Shown: piece by piece, positions 1-12,199 of the stretch
How the letters are laid out: the number at the start of each line of letters is the position of its first letter
How positions within the stretch are numbered: the stretch's first letter is position 1
Assembly: GCA_976551045.1 (NCBI GenBank)
Contig: CDPCPM010000049.1
Coordinates: 7,812,001-7,876,000 of the forward strand
Length of the DNA stretch: 64,000 nt
Direction: 5' to 3'
Source: Glaucostegus cemiculus
Taxonomy: Eukaryota
The notes under the pieces: model-generated
Told to the model about the DNA's origin: nothing
Seen by the model: only the letters and a program-made list of their open reading frames with translations
The model's database searches: none
Translations under genes and position numbers: made by a program

Positions 1-1850
1 TCCTGCCCTATCCCCTTGTCTCTCAATTCCTCAAACAGACAAAAAGCTGTCAACCTCAATTTTGAATAAAATCAGTAATTGGCCTCTGCAGTACTCCAGG
101 GTTGAGAATTCCAAAGATTCATTGCTCTGTGGAGGCAAAGGGATGGTCAATGTTTTGGGTCAAGACCCTGCATAAGGATTCAGTTGTTACATTGTGCTTG
201 ATCTGGATTCTACATTGCCAAGTTGTTGGTACAGATATAACTACTGGTGTTTGGATTGATAAAGAGCAGGGATGGTAGTACACTTTCTTGGAGTAAGTTA
301 ATGGGTTGCATTGACTTGGGCTAGGAGGTAATGAGCAACTGATTGATACCCTACAAAGTGATGTTAGAATGTAAAGAGTGAGTGACATGGAATTCCAGCG
401 CTGACCTTAACTAAGTGGCTCAAATGATTGACTGATCTGCTAATATTGTCCACATCTTAAATAATTACCACCTAAATAATGTGTAACAAAGACAACCAGA
501 GAAGGAATATTGTTGAACAGTGAGGTGTGAAAGTTGCATAGTGTTGCTAACCATTGAAAAACAGGCTGTCTGTATAATCAGTTGCATTGATCAGCAATGA
601 GGTACAGTCTATAAAATCATTCTGTGGCACTGATGAGCATTGAGGTGTAGATTCTCAGTGTTTTATGTAGTATTTATGTATATGTAGTGTATACAGTGAT
701 GTATAGACTGCCAATCAATTCTGCAGCATTTATATGCATCATGGTGTGGACTGTCAATGCATTCCATAATATGGATGAACATTGCAGTCCAGATGGTCAA
801 TAGATTGTGTAGCAATGCTGAGTGGTGATATCTGGTCTGGTAATGCATTCTGCAGCACTAATGAGCAGTGAGTTTTGGTCAATGAATTTTGTTGCACTGA
901 AGAGCAGTGGGTTACACACTGTCAAAGTGTTGGTGACATTGCAGATCAGTGAAGTGCTGACTGTCAATGCATTCTTTTGTATCAATGAGCTGTAAGCTGC
1001 AGATTGTCAATGTGTTTGGTAATATTGATCAAAAATACAAAAACAGTCGATGCAGTGATTGGTGATCAGTGAGACATGTCAATGTCTTCTATAACCTTGA
1101 CAGACTGTGATTTGTGGACTGTGAAAACATTCTGTGCTGTTGACGATGAGCGATTGGCAGTCTATACATCACTGTACACATTATGTATACATAAATGCAG
1201 ACTTCCAAATTCTGCTTAAAATTGACGATGGGCAAGCTGCAGACTCCCAAATTGTTCTGTAGCATTGAAGATTAGTAAAGTGTGGACTGTCGGGTTGTTC
1301 TGAATCAATGAGAAACAGTGAGGATTTGTACCATTGATGAGGACGTGTGTAGATTTTCAATGCTTTGCTCACAATTGATATCCAGTGTTGTGTGGATTGT
1401 CAATGTGATTTATAGCATTCAAGGGCAGTGAGTTGTGGATGGTAAGTACACTTGTAACATTTTTTATTCATGAAGTACAGACTGTCAGTGTCTTCTCAAC
1501 ATTGATGAACAATGGGACATGAATTGTCAAAACCTTCTAAAGTATTGATGATTGGTAATGTGCAAAATACAAGTGCAGCATTAATGAGAAATGAGGTGTA
1601 GATTTTTAATGCAGTAGATTTTTAATGCAATTTGAAGAATTGTTGATTGTTAAGGTGTTCATCAACATTGATGTACGGGTTGTTAAAGCATTCTGTAACA
1701 TTGATGACAAAGGTGGTGTGAACTGTTGCTTTCTATGGCACTGGCAAGCAGTGAGATGTGGATAATTGATGAGTATTACAGCATTGATGTTCATAATGTG
1801 TGCAGAGTCGACACACTGCACCTTTGAGTATCCATGCCTTGCCCAGCAAT

Positions 1851-2020
1851 GCATTGATTGTTTTTGTATTTTAGATCACTATCACTGAATACATCGACAA
1901 TCTGTGACTTACAGCTCATTAGTACAACAGGATGCATTTACAGTCAGCACCTCCCTGATCTGTAATGTCACCAAACACCTTGACATTGTGTACTCCACTG
2001 ATCTTCAGTGCAACAAAATT
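1851..2020 (-). repeat. Inverted duplication of ~885-1053
   Basis: The reverse complement of 1851-2020 aligns colinearly by eye with 885-1053 (AATTTTGTTGCACTGAAGA...AATGAGCTGTAAG...AAAATACAAAAACA); ORFs 797..985(-) and 1904..2104(+) share TVSTSLICNVT. Confidence 0.9.
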
Positions 2021-2120
2021 GATTGCAGACCGTCAATGCCTCTTGTAACATTGATAGTCAACACCACAATACATCAATGTGTTTTTAGCATTGATGTGCA
2101 GTGAAGTGCAGATTGCTAGT

Positions 2121-2367
2121 GATGAGCAGTGTGCTGCAGATTTCAGTGCTTTCTGCAGCAGTGATGAGCAGTGTGCTGCAGATTTCAGTGCTTTCTGCAG
2201 CAGTGATGAGCAGTGTGCTGCAGATTTCAGTGCATTCTGCAGCAGTGATGAGCAGTGTGCTGCAGATTTCAGTGCATTCTGCAGCAGTGATGAGCAGTGT
2301 GCTGCAGATTTCAGTGCATTCTGCAGCAGTGATGAGCAGTGTGCTGCAGATTTCAGTGCATTCTGCA
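2121..2367. repeat. Near-perfect 42-bp tandem sub-array, ~6 copies
   Basis: Unit GATGAGCAGTGTGCTGCAGATTTCAGTGC(T/A)TTCTGCAGCAGT starts at 2121, 2163, 2205, 2247, 2289 and 2331; 14-aa periodicity in the ORF track (SSDEQCAADFSAFC). Confidence 0.97.
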
Positions 2368-3091
2368 ATTGGTATTGGTTTATTACTGTCACTTGTACCG
2401 AGGTACAGTGAAAAGCTTGTCTTACAAACCGATCGTACAGGTCAATTCATTACACAGTGCAGTTACATTGAGTTAGTACAAAGTGCATTGATGTAGTACA
2501 GGTAAAACAGTAACAGTACAGAGTAGTCACAGCTACAGAGAAAGTGCAGTGCAATAAGGTGCAAGGTCACAAGAAGGTAGATTGTGAAGTCATAGTCCAT
2601 CTCATTGTATAAGGGAACCATTCAATAGTCTTATCACAGTGGGGTAGAAGCTGTCCTTAAGTCTGGTGGTGTGTGCCCTCAGGCACCTGTATCTTCTACC
2701 CGATGGAAGAGGAGAGAAGAGAGAATGTCCTGGGTGAGTGGGGTCTTTGATTATGCTGGCTGCTTCACCAAGACAGTGAGAGGTAAAGACAAGAGTCTAA
2801 GGAAGGGAGGCTGCTGTCTGTGATGCGCTGGACTATGTCCACAATTCTCTGCAGCTTCTTGTGGTCCTGGGCAGAGCAGTTGCCATACCAAGCTGTGATA
2901 CATCCAGATAGGATGCTTTCTATGGTGCATCGGTAAAAGTTGGTGAGAGTCAAAGGGGACAAACCAAAGCCTCCTGAGGAAGTAGAGGTGCTGGTGAGCT
3001 TTATTGGCCGCGGCATCTACGTGATTTGACCAGGACAGGCTGTTGGTGATGTTCACTCCCAGGAACTTGAAGCTCTCAACCCTTCTCGACC
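2368..3091 (-). mobile_element. 5'-truncated Rex1/Babar-type non-LTR retrotransposon (RT C-terminus plus 3' UTR) inserted in the satellite
   Basis: Frameshifted minus-strand peptides ITNSLSWSNHVDAAANKAHQHLYFLRRL and LTNFYRCTIESILSGCITAWYGNCSAQDHKKLQRIV, typical of Rex/Babar RT C-termini; 3' end reads AATAAACCAATACCAAT; TCTGCA at both junctions (2362-2367, 3092-3097). Confidence 0.82.
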
Positions 3092-3286
3092 TCTGCAGCA
3101 GTGATAATCAGTGTGCTGCAGATTTCAGTGAATTCTGTTGCAGTGATGAGCAGTGTACTACAGACTGTCAATGCATTCTGCAGCAGTGATGATCTTTGTA
3201 CATAGACTCTCAATGAATTCTCTAGCAATGATGAGAAGTGTGCTTCAGACTGTTGATGCATTCTTCAGTATTGATGGGTACTTTTA

Positions 3287-3640
3287 TGACACAAGGAAGC
3301 CATTCAGCCCCTCGGGTCCATGTTGGCTCCTAGCAGAGCGACCCTATCTGTCCCATTTCCCCTCAGCTCATTCCTGTGCAGCCCTACAGCCTAGAAAAAC
3401 CTATTTCCTCTCAGTTGTTCATCCCCTTCGATTCTTTTGGCATTTACCAATGTGAAGGGATAGTTTATGGTAGCTAATTAACAAGCCAGCATTCTTTGAG
3501 GTGTGGGTGGACATCAGAATATCTGGCAGAAACACATGGTCACAGGGAGAATTTATAAAATACACACAGCACCTGAGGTCAGGATTAAACCTTGCTCCCT
3601 GGAGCTGTGACACAGCAGTGCTAACTGCTGTGCTACCCTA
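3287..3640 (-). mobile_element. tRNA-derived HE1/V-SINE-like element
   Basis: Minus strand: A-box-like TAGCACAGCAGTTAG, B-box-like GGTTTAATCC, V-SINE core (CTCCCTGTGACCATGTGTTTC...CCACACCTCAAAGA) and a CR1-like tail; homologous to 42970-43343. Confidence 0.75.
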
Positions 3641-6094
3641 CCACAGTGAGATGCTCATGGTAAGTGCACTTTGTAGCTAGAGTGAATGTTGAGGTGTAGT
3701 TTGTCAGTACATTCAGTGGGGTTGATGAGAAGTGAGCTGAGGATTATTAATTCATTTTGTTTCACTCATGGACAATGACATGCCTCGAAAAACAGTGAAG
3801 TGCAGTATCAATTCATTCTGTCTCAAGGATGAATGGTGAGGCATGGATTGTTATTGAATTCTGTGGAATGAATGAAGTATGAAATGTGAACTTCGAATAT
3901 GTTCTGTACCATTGATAAAAATTCAGGTGTGGATTATGATTGCATTTGTAGCAAAGACAAGCATTTTGGTATGGGCAGTTAGTGTGTTTATTAACATGGA
4001 CAAGCAGTGAGATGCAGATAGTAGATGCCTTCTGTAGCATTGATGAGTAATAAGGTTCTACTATCAATGTGTTCAGTGACATTGATCAGCAATGTGGCAT
4101 GCACTGTCAAAGCATTCTGCAGCATTGATGAGGAGTGAGTTAATAACTGTCAGTGTGACCTGCAGCACTGAGAAGTGGACTGTGTGCTGGCAATGTGCAC
4201 TATGGCATGATCATAATATTGCCAAGTGTTTATTGCTTTCTATAGCATTAATGAGCACTGAACAACAAACTATTGGTGTGTTCTGTAGCACCAATGATTA
4301 ATGGAGTGCAGATTGTCATTCTGCAGTACTATCAATATGTTTTGTAGAATTGATGCAGAGGGAACTGCAGACTAAATGTGTTTTGTAGCATTAAAGAGCA
4401 ATGATGTGCATAGATCACAGAGGCAAAACACAAGTTAGTAATGTCTTGTGTAATACTGCTGATCTGCGATATGCATACAACCAATATATTCTACAGCACT
4501 GAGGAGCAATGAAGCACAGCTTATTAATGTACCCCTGAACACTAAAGAGCACTGATGTTCTGCAGCATCAATGGACAGTGCGGTGTAGACTGCCAATCTG
4601 TTCTATACCATTGATGAACACTGAGATATGAGTTAGTAATGTGTTCTCTAGTGCAGCTGCACAGAGCAGTATGGCTTGTCAGTGTAGTTTGTAATGTGGA
4701 CAAACAGTGACTGCTGACAGTTATGCATTTTTTTTTAGCAGTTATGATTAGTGAGGTCCTGCAACATTGATGAGCAGTGGGATGTGAATAGTAAACTGGC
4801 TTTGTAGCATGGATGAGCAATAAGTTCTCTTGCACTGACATGTGAGCTGCACACAGTCAGTGTGCTTTATGGCCAGTGTGATACAGTCAGTGTATTCTGT
4901 AGAACTGCCGAGCAGTGAGGTGCCAACTCTCAATGAATTCTGTGAACTGATGAGCAGAGGGATGGACTGTCACTGTGTTCTGTACTATTGATGTGTTGAT
5001 TGTCAATGTGTTCTGCAGCACTGGTGATCAGTGTGTGTGAAGGGCCAATGTGTTTTGTAGTACTGATGAATAGCGAGATGCAGACTGTTCTGTTCTATAG
5101 TATGGGCAGGCAGTGAGTTTCAGATGGTGAAAGCATTTTGCAGTATTGATGAGCAGGGATGTACATACTATCAATGCACCTGTAGCACTGCTGATCTGTT
5201 AACATGCGGAAGGCAAATGCCTTTGAAATTGTTGGTAAGTAGTGAAGCACATTATTAATACATTCTATAGCACTGGCAGGCAGTGAGGTGCAGGCAGTAA
5301 ATGTGTTCTCTAACACACTGATTTGTGATGGCAAGTGGTCAATGTTTACTGCAGCATTGATCAGCAATGTGGTAGGGAACGTTAATGAATTTTGAAGAAT
5401 TAATAATCAATGAGGCATGGGTCATCAATGCACTTTGTAGCATAGCTGTGCAGTGTGGTGTGGACTGTAAATGTACTTTTTAGCACTGACAAGCAGTAAT
5501 GCGCAACACTGCATAGTAAGCTATTCATCAAAGTAATTTGTAGTCATGATAAATGCTGAGGTGTGACCAGGGACCAGACAGCAAGTTTGGGAGCATTGGC
5601 AAGCAATGAGATAAAGAATGGGTGAATGTGTTTTGTACTATTGGTGAACAGTGAAGTGTGGATTCCCAATGTGTTCTCTATCACCAATGATCAATGCATT
5701 TGTAAGATTGTCAATGCATTCTGTAGATTTGCTGACGTAGTGTGAAGCTGCTGTAGAGTTATCTACTGTCACTGCATTCTCTACCGCTGAGTCGTGAAGG
5801 ACACACTGAGAATGAGCTCTGTAGCATTGATGATCAGTGAGAATTTCACAGTAAATGTGTTTTGTAGTACTGTCAAGTGATGAGAAGCAAACTGTCAATG
5901 TATTCTCCAGCTTTAGTTACAGTGATGTGCTGACTGTCAGTACATTCTGTCGCACTGCTGCACAATGAGGTATAACCTGCTACTGATAAGCACGGAGTTG
6001 CAGTGTGGTGAGAATTGTTAATTCATTTGCAGCATTGGACGAATAGTGAGGTGCAGACAGAGAGTGTCCTCTGCCACCGATGATTTGTAAATGC

Positions 6095-6578
6095 AGACTG
6101 TCAGTGTATTCTGCAGCACCGATCAGTGTGGTACAGACTGTCAGTGTGTTCCACAGCACGGATCAGTGTGGTACAGACTGTCAATGTGTTCTGCAGCATG
6201 GATCAGCAGTGTGGTACAGACTATCAATGTGTTCTGCAGCACTGATCAGTGTGGTACAGACTATCAATGTGTTCTGCAGCACTGATCAGTGTGGTACAGA
6301 CTGTCGGTGTGTTCCACAGCACGGATCAGTGTGGTACAAACCGTCAATGTGTTCTGCAGCATGGATCAGCAGTGTGATACAGACTGTCAGTGTGTTCCAC
6401 AGCACAGATCAGTGTGGTACAGTCTGTCAGTGTGTTTTGCAGCACTGATCAGCATGTGGTACAGACTGTCAATATGTTCCGCAGCACAGATCAGTGTGGT
6501 ACAGACTGTCAGTGTGTCCTGCAACACTGATGATCAGTGTGGTACAGACTGTCAGTGTGTTCTGCAGCACGGATCAGC
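6095..6578. repeat. Homogenised 40/43-bp tandem sub-array, ~12 copies
   Basis: Units such as GATCAGTGTGGTACAGACTGTCAGTGTGTTCCACAGCACG (6121-6160, 40 bp), 6161-6200 (40 bp), 6201-6243 (43 bp) and 6244-6283 (40 bp). Confidence 0.95.
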
Positions 6579-7799
6579 ACTGAGGTGGTATCATCAAAAT
6601 ATTTTGTAGCACTGATGGGCAGTGGGGTGCTCAGGATAAATGCATTTTGTAACATTAATTAGTGTACCATGGTCTGTCAATAGATTCTCTAAGATTGATG
6701 CTCAATTGATGTAGATTACCAATACATTCTATGACATTAATGAGCAGGGAGGTGGAATTATTAATGCATTTTTTGCTATATGTGTAAGAAGGTGCAGACT
6801 GTTAATTTGCTTTAGAGGATTGATCAACAGAACGGTATTGATTAGTGTGAACATAGGAATTGTTAGCATGGGTGAGCAGTGAGCTAATGATGGTAAATGC
6901 ATTCCATGGCATTGATCAGTAATGGGTGCAGACTGTCAAGTTGTTCTGTTGCATTGATGATCAGTGATGTGTAGAAAGTTGATGCTTTCTCTGGCACCGA
7001 AGAACAAGGTTTGGACTGTCAATATGTTAAGCATTGATGAGCAGAGAGGTGCAGATGGTCAATGCGTTTGGTAGCACTGAGGATCAATGGGGGATGTTTA
7101 GTAGTGTTAATATGAAATAAGGAGTGAACCGTGCATGTTTTCTGCTCTAATGATTACAGTGATGTGTTGGCTGCCCATGAATTCTGCAGTAGTGATATTA
7201 TTTACCATCAGTGCTTCATTGATCAGTGAAGTGTGTGTGGAGCGTCAGTACATTTTTATCGTGGATTAACAGTGAGGTGTGTGGAGTAGATGTGCTTTGT
7301 AGCACTGATGATTTATTAAATATTAGCTTGTTGATCTGTTTTCCAACATTGATGATCAGTGTGGTTTAGATTGTGAATGTGCTGTGCAGTATTGCTGAGG
7401 AATAAGGTGCTGACAGTCAATGTGTTGTTTTATCATTGATTTATCAACAGCTGGGTGTGGATTATTGATGCATCCTGTAGCCATGATGAATTGCAACATG
7501 CGGACTGTATTTACTTCCTGTAGCATTGAGCAATGAATTGTGGACTTTCAATGAGGTCTGCAGCATTGATACTCAGTAAAATGCAGATGGTAAATGTGCT
7601 CTGTAGCACTGATGAGCAGGTTGTCAATGCATTGCTGATCAGTGGTATGCAGTCAATGCACTCTGTCGAACAGAAGTGCAGTGGTGTAGGTTATTAATGC
7701 ATTCCGAAACACCAATGAGCAGTGAGGAGGAGACATTAGTATCATTGTTGACAGTGAGGTATGGACTCTTATTTATATGTTCTGTACCATTGATGAGCA

Positions 7800-7975
7800 G
7801 TTCTTTGTCAGGGAGTCCCCCAGGATCGAGAAAACCTGCTTACTCTGGTTTTGTGGATTCTGAGATGACTGCTGAGGCTAATATCAGAACCATAGACTTT
7901 TCCACAGGTGGGGCAGAGGTGCCTAACGGGCCAGAGAGGTAGTTTGTGAGGTGGTGCACCTCACTTTCCTGTTCA
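7800..7975 (-). mobile_element. RTE-clade LINE 3' end fragment
   Basis: Minus-strand translation LCPTCGKVYGSDISLSSHLRIHKT resembles the C-terminal C2H2-like motif of RTE ORF2; marks the right end of the satellite. Confidence 0.6.
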
Positions 7976-8019
7976 TTTACAAAGTCTTGTATTTACTTTC
8001 ACCAAGGATTTATCTAATT

Positions 8020-9250
8020 TCTTTTAGAAATTGATAATTAAATCCACTCCTACCCCTTATAGCTATTGCACTCAGTATGTCATTAAAATATTTCCTCCCA
8101 CCCTTTATTATTTTACCAATCACCTTTAATCTGTAGTTACTGGTCCTTTGGCCTCTGAAGAATACTTTTCCTTGTTAATTCAGTCCAAATCCTTCAAGCT
8201 TTAAAATACCTGCACAACATCAAATCTTCTTTGAACAGCACCAAGGAACTGAATGATGGTAAATGCATTCCATGGCATTGATCTTACCTCCAAGGAACTG
8301 AAGTCCTACATCTCTGATATATTGGGATAAATCCCTCTCTATCTTCTGTAAGATCTCAAAATCTTTTATAAATTATACTGCCTAGAATTTTCCATAACAT
8401 TCTAGCAGGACACAACTAGTGTCTTATAAACCTTTTGCATAGTTTATAAGTAAATATTTTTTTAAAAATGCAGATGCTGGAAATCTGAAATAAAAACTGA
8501 AGATAGTTCAGTTTTAAAACTATCAGTTTCTTTTCATGTTTGACTTGCTGAATGCTTCCAGCATTTTTTGGTTTTATTACAGTAAATTTACATTTTTCTA
8601 TACTCATTTGGGTCTGAATTTGTTCTCCATGTTTGACTTCAATGGAATTTTGAATTTTGGAAGCAGAGTTTAACAGGTAGCTGCAGCTCTATTATTATTT
8701 AATGTAAGTGACTAGGATGAATTCTTGCCCCTATGTTGACAGTAATAGATCCAAGGATTCCCTGTGTTTGTTAACCAACCCCTCAACTTGTCCTGTATTT
8801 AAACTTGAGTCCACTTGCATTCCTTTATCCCATTTAAAATTGTGGACCTCCTTTAAAATGCCATCATTGTTCTTCCTCATTCTTCGTACCAGTAAGTATA
8901 ATTTCGTAGTTCCCAACATTAAATTTTATCTGCTAAGCATCTGCCGGATGCCGTGACCTCCTGAGGTTTACCATTCTTCTCGTAATTATCTGTATCACTT
9001 AGTTTTGTGTCATTGTCCAATCAGCCCTGAATCCCCAAATCTAGATTATTAATTCACATCGAGAAAGAGCAGTGGTCCCAACTCTAACATTTGGAAATGC
9101 CACAGTACTACCTGCTTTCTGTCCTCTTTACCAATTGTACCCATGAAGTCCTTTTAATTCCAAAGGAATTATTTATCTGGCACTTTGTCAAATGAATTTT
9201 AAGAGTTTATATACACAAGATCAACTGCATCATCTTAATCAATCCTTAAT
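8020..9250 (-). mobile_element. Highly decayed CR1 LINE fragments
   Basis: Scattered CR1 remnants on the minus strand (ORF 8731..8919 DGILKEVHNFKWDKGMQVDSSL; GAGCAGTGGTCCCAA and GGCACTTTGTCAAATG, corresponding to GSVLGP and AFDKVP). Confidence 0.5.
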
Positions 9251-11909
9251 GATAGTTGAAGAGAATGATCCTCAAAATACATCTGACAGAGGACCACTGC
9301 AGCCTGATGTGTATTATATCACATCACTAGGAGATATATAAGTGGCATTACTGCATTTGGTATCGAGTTTTGTTACATCAGGTTTCTTTATCTGTTCTGA
9401 TCATTGATTTGTGACACAGAAATTTATTTTTAACAGCAAATGCTTTCCACTGCATACAATCTCTCATGGAAAGCAGTTTATAATCCTCTGGCCGGTGGTG
9501 GGATGGGGTGAATGGATGACTGCAGTTCCCTGTTGATAACAATTTTATGTCTGCTGAAAGGAATTGCAATCCCTTTGTGCACTCTAGGCAAGGCCTGTAA
9601 TGGAAATACAGACAGAATGATGGATTGCAATCCACAAAAGCATTGGTAAATCCCATATTGTACCAACAGAAGATGACCATAACAATTGTTCCCGAAGTGT
9701 GTGATATGGTTTGTAGGCTACACCAACACTACAGGTGTAGCAACAATAAAAAAAAACATTTTAAATTTGACGAAAGTGACTTTTTGAACTGTTAGTTCTA
9801 TTCGTTGAAGAAAGCAGAGCAAGCTGCAATCTGGCTTCACTAAGATCAGGAGTATTCATCCTCCTTTGGAAAGAAAGGCATTGAATAACACACTCGTATT
9901 TAAGATTCAAAGGCAACCAGGGGAATAAAAATTCAGAGGGTTTGCAATGACGATGTACTGATTTCAGAACATTTTAAAATTTCAAATAATGATAGCAAAT
10001 CAAAACAAATGGAAAATTTTGAGTGGCAACTTTCTCAGGGGGATTATTTGGGAACAAAAGGTTTCAGGTTTGAAACTTTCCTCTTCTTGATTATCTGAAA
10101 AATTTGAAATGATTAACAGACAATTTTGTATTAAATTTAAGTTTGAATTTAAATTTATACACACAAATTAGACTTCTTATGTATTAATAATTGATGAGAT
10201 ATTTGCAATTCCATTTCCTTTTATCGACTGCTAGTTGTAAACTGGAAATTCTGACTCTCATGCTGTATTTCTGAACAGTTAGTGCAAAACACCTTGAGTA
10301 ATAATGAATGTTTATATAGTCATCTTTAATACAAATGTTCATAGTAACTAAATTACAATCTGCATAACTGAGGCAACAGGGTAGAGGACAAATGGTGGTC
10401 TGGTCAGCAAGGTGGTTCATTTTAGATCTCCATATCTGACAAAATGGAATTAAAACAAGATTAAATATTGTGAATTGAATTGCTGGATTCCACTGGTAAT
10501 CCAGGGGGCTCGTAATATGGCCAGGATCCTTTACTTCTTCTGCACTGAGACCTCTAAGTCCACTGTTGTAATTGTCAGGCTCAGTAAAACCTATTGAGCC
10601 AGATTTGCTCTAAAATTATGTGTGATCAATGCATACCACTATTAATGCAAATACAGCCATAAATGTGGTGAAATGTGAAGCACGCATTGCCATGTTGCTG
10701 AAAGATTTGCATTCTGTCATTAGCTTTGTAAAACTGGTCTCTAACACTAGGTGCTGTCCTACTTTTTCTTTGTGTCTCTCTGTTCTTGCTCTGAACCAAT
10801 CTCTCTTTCCCTTTTTATTTCTCTTTCTGGAGCTGATTTGACATTGACTTTACACACTCTAATTTACCTATTACTCAATAGTTATGTAAGTACTATTGGC
10901 TGCATTTTTCTCTCAGGTTCTCTCACTGGGCAGTCATCTGTCTGCACTTGCACAACATTTAGGGGTGTAGGAAACTGTCAAACAAGAAAAACATGCTGTG
11001 AAATGTCCTGCTCATGTGGAAATTATCATTATCATGTGGAATATTATCCTCCAGTTAATCTGGTTTGGTGGGGGAGTTTCAGGATTTAAACTCAGTAGCA
11101 GAGATAAACTTCCATGTCAAGATAGTGTGTGACTCAGGAGGTGTCTGCTGCCCTTGTCCGTCCTGGTGATAGAAGTTGCAGGTATGGGAGATGTCAGAGT
11201 AGCCTGGGTGCGTAACATTCCATGTTACTTAATCCTAATTGTTTAAAACATCTTTGATTTGAATATGCCAAAAATTTAAGAACATCAATTGTCGTTGATG
11301 GGCAAGGAAAATCAGCCCGTGTGTAGCTTATCTGTTCTCTGCTCCAATTTAAACAAAAACACCAATTATCTGCACATGTTTGGTAATTTTCCATGAGTTT
11401 GCCACAACCACTCTTAATTCTACAAAGATCGCCATGTTTTCAGATCCCTCAATTAATTTCAATGGATGAGCCAATACCAAAAGAATCCAAAAAGATCATA
11501 TGTGAATTTTGCCAATATCTTAGCAAACCCTCTCTTTCTCCTTGGCTGGCTAATCAGATGAAGCAAATAGTTTACAGCCTTGGCATCCTGATCAACCTTT
11601 AGCTAAACTTCAAATCTCACGATCTGTCATCAGGATCACTCTTCTGCATTTACTTCTAATTTCCTCCCCTGCTGAAATCCTTATTCGTGCTTTTGCTACT
11701 TTAAATAAACTTATCTAAAGTTGTTCTTGTCTGTCTCTGTTATCCTCACTACAAAATGCAAGTTATCCTAAACTCTGCCTCCTGTTTTCCTCACCCATGA
11801 CTAATGTGATCCTAAAGCAAAATGCTACAGTTGCTGAAAATCTGTAACAGAAATGAAAAGTATTCAGCAGGTCTGACAGCACCTTTGTAAATCGGAGAGA
11901 ATGTTATAC

Positions 11910-12025
11910 AGAGGGAGTGTCTCTGTGAGCTGGGGAGATGGTTAGGGCGAGAGATTGTCTCTGTAAACTGGGAGGATGGTTAGGGAGAGGGAGTGCCTCT
12001 GTAAACTGGGTAAATGGTTAAAGAG
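11910..12025. repeat. ~38-bp minisatellite, ~3 copies
   Basis: GAGGGAGTGTCTCTGT(G/A)A(G/A)CTGGG..GATGGTTAGGG occurs three times in tandem. Confidence 0.75.
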
Positions 12026-12199
12026 GATGGGTTGTTATTCTCCTGGCTACACAAAATGGTCCACAATTTTAATTGCCTGTTGCACAATGATTAGTTTTAC
12101 CATCCAATGAAGAATGAGCTTCCTCTTGGATGGTATAATGCCACAGGAAAAGGTAGAGACGGGTCTCATGATCAACCAGAATAAATGGTCCAGAGTCCT

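Larger units (their letters stand above)
500..7800. repeat. Long degenerate tandem array, ~43-bp unit (approx. consensus GCATTGATGAGCAGTGAGGTGCAGACTGTCAATGTGTTCTGTA), interrupted by retroelements
   Basis: Motifs (C/T)TGATGAGCAGTG, CAGACTGTCAATG and TTCTG(C/T)AGCA recur at ~40-43 bp spacing from ~500 to ~7800; explains the many short Cys/Ser-rich ORFs on both strands. Confidence 0.9.

Noticed and set aside
2033-2496. Repetitive Cys-rich ORFs (SSDEQCAADFSAFC)n on both strands
   Set aside because: Produced by a 42-bp DNA repeat whose length is divisible by 3; open in several frames, with no codon-level divergence or splice context.
6080-6609. Metallothionein- or keratin-associated-like Cys-rich ORFs
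   Set aside because: The 40/43-bp units shift frame with every copy; these are satellite translations.
500-7800. CRISPR-like array
   Set aside because: Contiguous tandem units with no unique spacers, no cas genes, and a vertebrate intron context.
500-7800. Satellite unit as an active hammerhead ribozyme or C/D snoRNA array
   Set aside because: CTGATGA, a possible stem II and GTC are present, but the obligatory GAAA is replaced by AGAC and the stem I register is off; no consistent box C/box D spacing with terminal stems.
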